A DNA stretch of 57,683 bases, counting the filler, from Sphacelaria rigidula (Eukaryota), in the NCBI GenBank assembly GCA_964200075.2. It is 7 parts of 7 records of this genome, joined end to end, with 100 filler letters (N's around TTAATTAATTAA, not from the genome) between each part and the next. Parts side by side here need not be neighbours in the genome. Positions count along the whole stretch, not along the records: positions 24,768 to 32,922 come from CAXNAA020012103.1; positions 33,023 to 41,176 come from CAXNAA020012104.1; 5 more parts are not named here. The stretch is one strand, 5' to 3'. A program made the position numbers and the translations under genes. Each line of letters opens with the position of its first letter. Position 1 is the stretch's first letter. Of this stretch, positions 28,101-39,028 are shown piece after piece. Under the pieces are notes generated by a model. That model was given only the letters and a program-made list of their open reading frames with translations. It was not told the origin of the DNA and ran no database searches.

Positions 28101-30190
28101 CGTGTAGCATAGGGGTGAGTGACCCCTTTTTCATGTGCACTGGCGTTGATGGCAGTATCTTGGTGTAGGTGCCATTTTTTTGTGATGGCGGGTGATGCTT
28201 GTGCACGTCGAGTTCCTTGCTATCGGATCATTTTTGTTTGCTGGGCGAACGTGGGCCGGATGACCCACCGTTGATAGATGCCAAAAACAGTACGGCCTGT
28301 GACACACGATTGTGATTGATACTGACCTCCTCTCTATTTCGCCCTTGGAGACAACCATTCAACAAATTGCACGACTGTTATTGCAATGGCCTAGGAAACG
28401 CAAGTGTGCAACAGACAGAGACATTTCGTCATTGACCGGTTCTCTCCTGCACGTCTCGTTTGTATGGCGTCCGGAAAGGGTTTTGGTTTACCGCGTGCTC
28501 GGTCGGTGCGGGTGCACCGCCTCTACCCGTCCCGGTTGTGGCGGGGGGTGATTTTCGAAGAGGACAGCGACAGGGTCGCGAGTGTCGGTGTTGAGCCCGG
28601 AGCTTCACGATGACTTCGACGTGTGGTGTTGGCTGGTTGGCGACGGACTGTCAGCATTATCGTCCCCGGTGTATCGATTGGAGTTGCGTCCGCGCACGTT
28701 GTCATCGTGTCAGGCGTGGCCGTCGCGGCTTATTGTCTGCGATCAGGCACTTACTGGCGGTATGACTTGACCGTTGCCGAACAATCCTAATTTAATGGTG
28801 TCACTGTGCACTTGAAGGATGACGTTTCGGTCGATGTACTGGAACTGTTGGGTATGGTAATGTCGGTGTGGGTGATATTCGTTCTCTGCGGAAGACGACC
28901 ACGGCATCGAGCTGATTGTGTGCTGTAGCGCGGAGACACGTCGTCCGCCGTAGCTTGGGTAAATAAGTGCGAGAGGGGTAAGGAGCTGCGTACGGGCGCT
29001 TTGATGCGTATGCTTGATGTGATGGAAACTGCCTCGGACTGGGTGTTTGAGGCGAAGCATGTGCCGGTAACTTTCAGTGATGTTGCTGATGGGACTTCGC
29101 GGTGGCCAATAGATGGTATTTCCGGTACCCCCTCGTCCCGCCGTCTCGATATCCAATGACATATACAGGACATCTGGACAGAGGTTAACATCTGTGTTCA
29201 TGCATCTCGGCCTCGGGCTCGTCCGAAATACCATTGCGCCGTCGTCTGCGGGAACTTACCAAGGATGTTTCGGGTCGTAGGTTCAGATATGGCGGGAGAT
29301 GAAACAACCCGTGTGTTTGAGAAGCAACGGTGATTCGATACGAAATGTATGGTCAGTGATTGAGTACATAGGATATGCGTGCGCAAAGAAAGGGTTGTGG
29401 TTGAATACCGTGGCCAGTCGCTTGGCAGCAGTTGCATATTTCCATGGAACTGAGAGAGGCGTCGACTCGGATACTCAACAGTCGCTAATGAAAAGTGCGT
29501 TGGTGGGATTGAAGGCTAGCCACGTCGTGATGAGAACACAGCAACGACTTTGACTTGAACGGGGAACGGTTTTCGCTTGAGTGGGGCTCGGATGGCCGCG
29601 CGCTGTGGTGGGCTCATGTGTCCCCTTTTCTATTTGACGAAACCATGCGATATGTTTGCTGCTTCTATTGGTGTCTATTACAGTTCGCGCAGAAGTGATG
29701 TGGCATTTTTTCGGGGAAGGATGCAGTTGCGTCGACATGATTGGGGGTAAAGCAGATCGAGCGGAAGCGCATTTCCGGGCCTACAAAGGTGGTCAGTCGC
29801 GAGTCGGAGTGGTCGTGACGCGTGTTCGCTTGGGCCTTCCGTTGACATTTCGAGATGGGGGTGGAGCGGTCGCGTTAATGCTTGAGCTCATGTCAGCTGC
29901 CGAATCGTTCTCTGCATATGCCTCGCTGATGACTTTCAGGATGCGGGACAACAGGGGATCATTAGTTTGGTATAGAATCGGTATGTGCTGGCTGCGTCAC
30001 GCCAAGTGATGGCGTTGCCTGGGCTACTACTTCCTGCACAATTCGCGTTGCACTCTCTTCGGATTGGCGGCACCACGTATTTGTGCGCAGCAGGGGTGTC
30101 CTCAGAGGTGTTGGAGAGGGAGGGTAGATGAACATCGGACGCGTCCAAGACTTACGTCCGGGCTAACGATGCCAATTGCGGTTTGGTGTC
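25190..30190 (+). mobile_element. Decayed DIRS/Ngaro-type tyrosine-recombinase retrotransposon (gag-RT-RNase H-YR)
   Basis: Coiled-coil-like ORF1 start at 25190. Degenerate CCCH finger 26691-26750 (CFVFLDSGQYRSGDKYWYSH). RT motifs GEAFHQVSVD (~27898) and FEFGWRSHPAFWG (~27987). RNase H DTSSAVAWVNK (~28936) and AKHVP...VADGTSRW (~29052). YR HFRAYKGGQ (~29770), FALHSLRIGG (~30042) and EGR*TSDASKTYVR (~30120). Many stops and frameshifts; termini not resolved. Confidence 0.9.
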
Positions 30191-30758
30191 ACAAGTTGCC
30201 GCCGATAGGCGTAGAAGCGGTGATAGGCAGCCTGGTCAGGGCACTGAGTGGAGAGATGAGTGGTGGCCTTTTCGGGGGGGGGCGACTCGTGAAGCCGAGG
30301 TACATGATGGGTACGTGAATATGTCGAATAAATTGGCTACATCAAACTAGCGATGACAGAGGGATACAGTGACATACAGTAATAACTGAGTAAACAAGCA
30401 AAGAGCAGTAGTAATGTGTTGATGAAGAAGAGGGTTGGATACCGAAATGCGAGCCGAGATGGAGTGGATAGCTACATGTGCATAAAAGGGTTCGTGCCCA
30501 TACAGGATGTATTGCATTGATGTGGTCTAGGGAACGTTAGGGGAGGTGTACCGTATCCGCACGCCGGCTTCGGTTCTTGTGGAGGTTGGTGAAACTGCGC
30601 TCAGCGCGATCTCCAGATGGGAGTCAACCGTCGGATATGCGAAGAGTCGCACTTTTTCATCATGAGGTTTTCTCTTCCCCCCCCTCCCCCCCCCCTCCCC
30701 CCCTCCCAAGCGGGGTGGGGGGCAGGAGAGTATAATGTGACGAACAAAGAATTGAGCC

Positions 30759-31900
30759 TTTCTAGGAGCCATCCCCATTGATGCCACGCCCCATTGGCTA
30801 TGTGTGTATGGAATGATATTTTTCTTGGACAGGGTGGCATGGGGCCTAATGGCGATGGTGGCGGTGCGGTGGTAGTGCTGACGGTAGTGATGGTGCTCAT
30901 GCTGATGGCGATGGTGGTTGTGATGGTGGTAACGACCAAGCTCCTCACAACGCTGGTGATGGGGAAGTACACACTGACACCAGCAGCGAGGGACTGCCCA
31001 AGGGTGACTGTTTTTCCGGCGCGCGTAGTAGGCCTTGTGCACAAACGTCCACCGCGCGTTATTACTACCGGATGCCACGTCAATACGTGCAAGACTCAAG
31101 GGTAAAGAGCATGAGAGCGAATTGATGCCAGTGCGAACGACTCCAGTGACAAACCATGGACGGGCGCATTGAAGAACAAAAGTGTTTGTTTTGGTCTGAT
31201 CGCCCATCCATGTTTTGGCACTGGGATCGCTCGCACTGGCATCAACCCGCCTCATTTCTACCCTTGAGTCTTACGCCTGATAACGTGGCATCCGGTAGTA
31301 ACAACGTGCGGTGGAAGTTTATGCACAAGGTACACTCCGCGCACCGGGAAGACAGTCACCTTTCGGCAGTCCCTTGCTGCTGGTGTCAGTGTGTGCTTTC
31401 TCATCACCAGCGTAATGACGAGCTTGGTCGTTACCACCACCATCACTGCCACCATCGCCATCAGCATGAGCACCATCACTACCATGAGCACCACCACCGC
31501 ATCGCCACCCTAGTCACTGGGCCCCATACCACTCTGTCCATGACGAAAAATATCACTTCATACATACATGCCGCGCCCCGGTGGTGTAATGGTCCGACTG
31601 TCGCCATTAGCGTGGCGAGAACGGGGGTTCGATTCCCGATGCGCTGGGTTTTTTCTTCGTAATGTATGATTTCCACCGTTGAAAGCGTGAGAACGTGAGT
31701 NNNNNNNAGTTGACGCGGTGCGGAAGTGCTGACCCAAGCCGCGAGATCAAAATGAAAGACACCTACCGGGGGAGAGATGGGTTAATTTCTTGAGACCACG
31801 GACTCATCCCGAGGAGGGGGGGGGTTCAAAGTGTGACATACAAAAAAACAAAACATACATAGCCAATGGAGCGTGGCATCGGTGGGGGTGACTCCTAAAA
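30759..31900. repeat. Large foldback (inverted duplication) with ~400-bp arms, right arm interrupted by a SINE
   Basis: 30759-31166 is the reverse complement of 31201-31569 plus 31854-31900, with a 34-nt loop at 31167-31200. Confidence 0.92.
31570..31853 (+). mobile_element. Complete tRNA-derived SINE with TSD (core family, short tail)
   Basis: Head GCCGCGCCCCGGTGGTGTAATGG...GGTTCGATTCCC, core, TTCAAAGTGTGA and an A-rich tail. TSD CATACAT at 31563-31569 and 31854-31860. Confidence 0.85.
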
Positions 31901-33235
31901 CACGATGTAGTGGTCACCGAAGGGGCAATGAGTGCTTCGCACCGGCATACTAGACCCTCCGGTCTTTGTCAATCGAAATCAATGTCCTACCATCAAATGT
32001 GAAGTGGTAACTCCTATTTGGATCTGAGGATAGATGCGCCGATCCAGGCAAACCTATGTGGAATCGTCAGGGTCACGGTACAAACGAAGAGGGAACACCA
32101 AATCCCACACCGTCGACCGGGTACAACCATCGCTTTCGGAACGGTGCAGGCAGCTCTACCGCTCTTTTGGTCACACATCACGGATCACTGATCGACTGGT
32201 ATCATTGTTTCCCCCAGTGAAATGTCGACTCAGCCTTTATTGTGTTTTACTCATGCCTGAAGTGAATCGAAAATATTCTTGAACTCTAAGTTGTAAGGAG
32301 GAGCAGGGACGGTATTGGAAGAACGGATCTACGTCTGTGACCACAGGTTCGAGAAATCAGGCCAATGCCCGGAAGTAACAACAACAGTACCAACAACAAC
32401 AACGACAACAACAACAAAAAGAAAAAGAAACGGGGAGGGTGTCACGATATTTTTACTTGACCGTGCCACTCGTGTATTGTTTACTACCCACCGCTGCCGA
32501 TTACGTACCGTCGTAGTCCAAACAATCGAAGAGCGTTCATGTGTCACATCGGCCATGTCAAAATAAGAGGCTTCAACATTGCCACGGGGTCCTTACGGTA
32601 TGCTTAGGCATGGTCGAAATCGTGAAGGTCGCTTGACGGTACGGGGCTACAGAAACGAGTAGCTTTCCAGGCGAGTGCGTGGAAACATGATGCGTGCTTC
32701 CCCCGCCCCCGTAAATGAGTACGCCCCCCCCCGGGAATGCTACTACAACATAGGCATCACTCCTGTTCAGCGGCTATAGTACTCCTCCTGCTGTGGTAAC
32801 AACGTGTTGCCAGATAGACTGAGCTGTGCAACCCGTACCAGATACATCAGAGTACCACATTCACGTCGCGATGTTGCTCCAGGAACAATAGCAATACTAT
32901 CAACAGTAGTAAAAGAGAGTTTNNNNNNNNNNNNNNNNNNNNNNNNNNNNNNNNNNNNNNNNNNNNTTAATTAATTAANNNNNNNNNNNNNNNNNNNNNN
33001 NNNNNNNNNNNNNNNNNNNNNNTATTGTGTGTCTTGCACTTGGATGACAGCCTACAATGAGTTGCTTTATTTTCTGGTATCGCCACTTCCAAAGACAGCC
33101 ACGGCTGATACGCTGCCTCATGCGTGCGTCACCAGGGGGGGGGGAAGGGTAAAGTCCAAACGACAACAAGAAAGAAGGTTTGGAGCTCGGGTGTCCCCCC
33201 CCCCCATCTCCCCTGATGCACAACCCCAACCTCAA

Positions 33236-33347
33236 CAGGGTCGGCACTATCGATAATTGGATTATGGCATGTTGAAGGGCCAGGGTCAGCGCTATTGATA
33301 ATTGGATGATGGTATGCAGGGTCGGGACTATTATATTGATAATTGGA
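33236..33347. repeat. Three-copy minisatellite (~36-45 nt unit CAGGGTC.GC.CTAT.GATAATTGGA)
   Basis: Units start at ~33236, 33281 and 33317. Confidence 0.8.
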
Positions 33348-34103
33348 AAATGTCATATTGCTGCACGTGTTCGAGTGGTGAAAAACGACGCATTTGTTAT
33401 TCGGTCACGCATAGTTCAAGATAACCCGTGAGAGTTTCTAAGGACATTGTCCAAGATTTTGGGATCTTTACTGCAGGATCAATAGTAAATACTTCGAACC
33501 AAGAAACACCAAACATTCGCATTGGAATAAGTTCAGACGTCGGACAGGTGATGATCCGTCTGAAATGACTAATTGAAGAAGACTCGAATCCGCTTATCCA
33601 AAAACACAAAATGTGCGACCGCGGAGTCAGAAAAGCCAAAGCGTAACCTTTCACGGTTAGGACGAATCATCACGACTACGAATCACCAAATCCACGATTT
33701 CTTCGGCCTGATTGCCCAAAGAGGAAAAAAAGTTGACCGCTGGTCCACATGGGGTATCCACGCAACTTTTGCACCATTCCACGTGTCTCGGCTGCGTGTA
33801 CCTGGGTTGCAACGCTGAAAACAAAGCCTGGGGATTGATTCGTGATTCGAATCGATTATACTAAAATCAAGTAATTTCGAGACGAATCATTATTCGTCCG
33901 ACCCTTGCGACCTTTGATCCAGATCATGATTCAGATAAGTATACTGAGAGGAAGTCATTTTCAGACAGATGATGACCTGTCTGACGTGCGAATACGTGGG
34001 ACTCAAAATGAATGGTTTGCAGTCAAGCAACCATGAACTCGCAAAGGAGCATTCAATTGTGGCCGCACAACTGATAAAAAAAAAACGCGGACCAGAAACG
34101 CAC

Positions 34104-34526
34104 CTGTACAGCTCTAGCGCCCCCCGGACGTTGGCATCACCTCGAGCGATCGCCAGTCTCAGCGCCGCTGCTTCGTCGTCGGCCAAACCCATCCCGTCAA
34201 CGACCGCAACCACGCTTTCCGCCACCATGTCATCATCCACACGGTCACCCTTGGCAGCCGCGACACCGCCATCGGTAGCACCAACAGCATCATCATCATC
34301 ATCACCACCATCATCATCACCACCACCATCATCATCACCACCATCATCGTCATCGTCATCATTATCATCGTCATCGTCATCATTATCATCGTCATCGTCA
34401 TCTTCACCGCCAGCAGCAGCGATAACGTTGTGCCGTCCAACGCCGCTGCTCTCCGGAGTCCTCCTGTCGATATTGGAAGCGATTCGGGGAATCGTCGTGA
34501 TCGTTATTGTTAGATCGCTCCTGCTC
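34104..34526 (-). CDS. Exon with poly-Asp/Gly tract and helical motif (unidentified protein)
   Basis: Acceptor CAG at 34527 is in phase with the upstream exon 35046-35134. Reads ...DDDD...VVDGMGLADDEAAALRLAIARGDANVRGALELYR, donor AG|GTGCGT at 34104/34103. Confidence 0.75.
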
Positions 34527-35045
34527 CTGCTTGCTTGGAAGAAAAATAAGGACATGATTCGCGGTGCCCATGGATATCCTCAAGATGACCGCGCCAATCA
34601 GTTGTGGGTTACGATACAAAGTTCCGCGATTCAGCGGAAAGTCTAATCGACCGACACCATAAGAAATACTTTTGAACGCCATGAATAAGCTCGACTGCGA
34701 GAGCACTGGAAAATGACAAGTCATCACCATTGTAATATATTGTCAAAGCATTGCAAAATGACCGATACTCGTCAGCGCCACGAACACAACTCAACTGTAT
34801 GGGTATCGGACAATGACCAATAGGCTCTACTCTCCTACGCCATAAAACCGCTCGACTCTATGAGCATTGCATTAGAGAATAACCAGCGATAATAACCCCC
34901 AAAACTAGCTCGACTTGAAGGACATTAGAAAATGACCATAGCTCGGGAATGCCATGGAGAAGCTCGAAGATAACAATATGAACAAAAATAGGGACTGTTC
35001 CCCATCTACCCAATCGCTTGATTCCTTCACTTTGGTGCAACTCAC

Positions 35046-35134
35046 TTGCTGACGATGACTCTGAGGGTCTCTACCAGCCTCGGCACGTCCTTGGCAGCAT
35101 CAAAGTTGTCGAAGGCATCCACGACGTCGGCATT
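35046..35134 (-). CDS. Upstream exon of the same gene
   Basis: acacAG|NADVVDAFDNFDAAKDVPRLVETLRVIVS(K)|GTGAGT. 89 nt, ends in phase 2, which matches the next exon. Confidence 0.75.
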
Positions 35135-36289
35135 CTGTGTTGTGAAAAACAGATAAAAAATCAAGAAAAAATATCGCAGACTCAACAGCATTCTGAAATC
35201 TGCAAATACTGAGTATGCGGCATTTCATATAGGTCAACACAAGGAGTCATCATACCGCTGCGAATTTCCTAGGCGAACGCGTATCGTAAACTGTGCTTCT
35301 GGAACCAAAGAGATGAAGCAATCTTAGATTATTATTTTTTTCTTCTGGAAAGTGATGATGAAATAAAAATTGAGGCAATAATAGACATGCTCAATCATAC
35401 GACCGCGACTCAATTCGTAGCGGAAGAGTGAATGTGCAACGATAAACCAACAAAATAAATCCATCAATGAAATGGGCATATCATGATTCCCGTCGTTAAA
35501 AGCGTGAGGTAGAGAAGAAAAATCGACGAGAGTGGACCAGGTGCAGTAGTGCCGATCCAATCCTCGATCCCAAAATGTCAGGCCGGTGAACGTACCGGGG
35601 GCGAGATATGGGTTGACCCCTCGAGCTCACGGATTCGTCCCCCGAAACGGCAGTGAGTGGGTAGGGACGGGATCATGGGTTCAACGGAAAAAGACGATGA
35701 TACGAGCGTAGACCGTTTTTGAATGTTTGAGGACGACACGCTCGACGCCGGTATACCTTTCAATTGTAATTTTCCATGCTGTCGCGCGCATGGAGTCAGC
35801 TGGTACGGTTCACTCAACTTCGTCGCCAACGTATCACACGGCCGAATCACACTTGATATCATGGTGCAGATACGAAGGTTCGAGTCTGCATGGGGCTTGA
35901 TAGCGCCAAGACTTCCCTCCAAAGCGCGTGCAAGCACGCGCTTTCTTGTTCTCAAATCTGTCAACGCATACTTGTGGCCACGGCTGGATAGGTAGCGGAC
36001 CACATAATGAGCGACAAACCATCAATCAATCAATCAATCAATCAATCGAACGGCCACACTTTGGCTAGATCACCCTAGGCATCACCTGGCCAGAGCTCTC
36101 CCGGATCGCCTTGCGTTGAGTGGGTTGAGATTAGGGTGACGGTACGGGATAAGATTAAACACACGCAAGTTTGTGCCAAGCATGGGTTATGCTGATGAAC
36201 TCGGGTAAAACCGCCTTCATAGATCACTGGAACCAAGAGGCACAAAACATAAACGCGACGGTTTCAAATATCGCGGCTCCTTCGATGTG

Positions 36290-36655
36290 ACATATGTATG
36301 TGTGTATTGTCGTCCCGTCTATTTTGAGCACCGGTCTGCACCTTTCGGTATATGTGGGCGTATCAGGCGGGGTCATACAGGAGTAAGCCCAACGCATCGT
36401 GATTTTCTTCTTTGTTTGTTTTTAATACTCCACCTTTCTTCTGCGGTGCTTACCTTTCTTTTTTATCGCGAGAGGGTTCAGCAGTCCCTTTCCCTCGTCG
36501 ACCACTAAGTCGTGTTTTGTGTACCCGAGACATAATCGCTCTCCACTGTTGGGCATTGTGTGAGAAAAAATCCCAGGCCGCTCCGAGATTTGAACCCACG
36601 GCCCAACCGTTTGAAGGCTTCGAGGTTACCAACTGAGCCACCTGGGCGACCGGCT
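36290..36655 (-). mobile_element. Full-length ~365-bp tRNA-derived SINE (second family)
   Basis: A box TGGCTCAGTTGG, B box GGTTCAAATC, a unique body and an ACACACATACAT tail. The head is shared with 24768-24839. Confidence 0.8.
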
Positions 36656-36766
36656 GTACGTATATTTATATTCATATATGTCCTGTGAGCTTCCCGTTGT
36701 TATTTTATCTTGGGGTATGTATACCACGTGACCACGGCTGGATACCTGGGAGACCAGTAAATTTGT

Positions 36767-39028
36767 GACAGAGTGCAAGTTGCAACTTCAATTTTTTTCA
36801 CGGATGGATCGCGAGTATTCCAGTCCTGCCGAGGCGTAGTTCTCATCGTACAGTCGGTGCTATTGTACTCGTTCACTTGAAATACACAGTGTCAATTTCG
36901 TCGGGTATCATCGTGTCGGGATACATATCGTGCAATGGGTACTTCCCTCGTCCGCAGCGATATGCATCATTTCCATCCGGCTGCCAAATGCGACGGCGCG
37001 GGTCTGTGACGCCAGGTATCCGTGCAGATGTGGACACCTTCCTTCCAAGGAGATATGCCCCTCTTGTCTCGGCAGACTTTAGGCCTTGGAGCATGACTAT
37101 CTACAATCGACGCCTCGGATGATGGATTATGATCGCTGTAACATGCCTCTATAATATTGTAAAGGAACAACACGGTGTGCGACAGTAGAGTTCGGTATTG
37201 GGTATTGGGTCGAAAATATATTGCCTCCAATACGCATAGGACATTCATATTTTCTAAGCGTGCTTTTTTGCGCCCTAACTTGAAGATTTTTTGGCCAATC
37301 TTATGCGAGAAAATATCCCCTAAAATTACCCAATATATCCGCATATTCTCGCATAGATATTCCAGATATGATATATCTTGCCCAAATATACCCAATATAC
37401 GTGAGATATGGACGCGGATATCACGCGATATGTCTTCTTATATACCAGAGTCAGCCATATTTGATGCTGTCTCCAGACTCCAGATCCTTGGCGCGCATGT
37501 AACAGTGGTGTCGCCGCATCACACCCGTGCAAACAAAAAACAACCACTACGCACTACACACCTTACACCACACACCACATATGTGCGATGAGCAACTCCC
37601 GGTCGACACCCCCAGCCAACAGCACTGCATCTGGACAGCAAAGTAATGTCACAAACATAATCACAAAAAAACAAAAGTTGACAACAAGACTAACTACCGC
37701 CACTTGAAGGCGTGTCTTATTTCTACTTGTTTGCTCTGCTTGTTAGCGTTTGGACGCGTCGTTCCTCTAGCGCTGTCGTGTCCGCCTCTATGCAGTATGC
37801 CTGGCACGTGCATAAGTGTATGCAGCTCAATGATGAGACACGTAATTCGTCACTCGTTACACCAGGGGGAAGCGTAAAAACAAATTCTGGAAACCCAGGC
37901 CCCAAGATCGAAAATTTGAATTTTGAGGGGGGGTGGGGACACACCCAGCCGTCTATCCCCTGGATTATTGCCGAAGCGTTGTCGGATGCGGTCAGCTGCC
38001 GTGGACAGAGATCCTTTTGGGACAGAGCGGGCAAGGAGCAGAAGTAAATATATAAACCCGCAAAGCCCACCACACTTTTCGGTTTCTGTCAGTGTTTAAT
38101 GATCAATTTCTTGCCACAAAATTAACAAAAAAAATAATCAAAACAGTAATTATTGATGAACTTCTTGCAACAAAGTTGACAAAAATAAACCATACTTCGC
38201 ACAAATGATGACAATTTTCGAAGAAATGCCCTCCCGGGAGGAGGGGATGGGGACCTTGTGCCCGAAAATTTTCTCTGCGCTGCCCCCTGGTTACACACAC
38301 ATACATAACACAAGTATACCACACCCTTGGAGTAAATCTGTAAAATCTGCGCAACTCGTCCCCATATCCAGACATATCTGAAGGGATATCGGATGCGATC
38401 TCGGATACGCATAGGATAGTCCAAATATCCAGATATGACATTTCTTATGCGAGATTGCAGATATATGCGAGAATTTTTCACCCAATGTATCTATATCCTA
38501 TTGGGGCCATTTTCAGACCCAATACCGAACTCTATGCGACAGTCAATCGATCAAGTTCGACAATGTCATACCCAAGGACACATGTGGTCGTTTGATTTTA
38601 TTGATTGGTTATCGCACACAGGGTTGTTCCTTTACAATATTATGGAGGCATGTTACAGCGATCATATTTCATCATCCGCGGCGTCGATTGGAGACAGTCA
38701 TGCTCCAATACCCAAAGCCTGCCGAAACTAGAGGACCACATGTCCTTGGAAGGAAGGTGTCCACATCAGCACGGATCCCTGGCGTCACAGACCTGCGCCG
38801 TCGTATTTGGCAGCCGGATGGAAAATGATGCATGTCGCTGCGGGCGGGGGAAGTGTCTATTGGACGATATGTATCCCGACGCGGTGATACCCGACGAAAT
38901 TGACATTTTGTCTTTCAAGTGACCGAGTACTGTAGCACCGAATGTACGATGAGAACCACGCCTCGGCAGGGCTGTGATACCCGCGATCCATCCGTGAAAA
39001 TGTTTAAAATCGCAACTTGCACTCTGTC
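36767..39028. repeat. Pair of ~450-520-bp inverted repeats (36767-37215 and 38505-39028) with GATAT/ATATC-rich inner flanks
   Basis: The arms align as reverse complements, and homologous spurious ORFs appear on opposite strands (LGRKVSTSARIPGVTD.RRRIWQPDG; MYPD..IPDEID). Confidence 0.9.
37863..38289. mobile_element. 427-bp MITE with CAGGGGG termini and 7-bp TSD
   Basis: TIRs CAGGGGGAAGCGTAAAAACAAATT / CAGGGGGCAGCGCAGAGAAAATTT. GTTACAC is duplicated at 37856-37862 and 38290-38296. Confidence 0.85.

Noticed and set aside
30527..31662. His-rich ORFs (242 aa -, 168 aa +)
   Set aside because: Alternative frames of (CAY)n-like tracts in the two foldback arms; no splice or homology support.
33969..34646. 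225-aa poly-Ser ORF on +
   Set aside because: Antisense shadow of the spliced poly-Asp exon on the minus strand.
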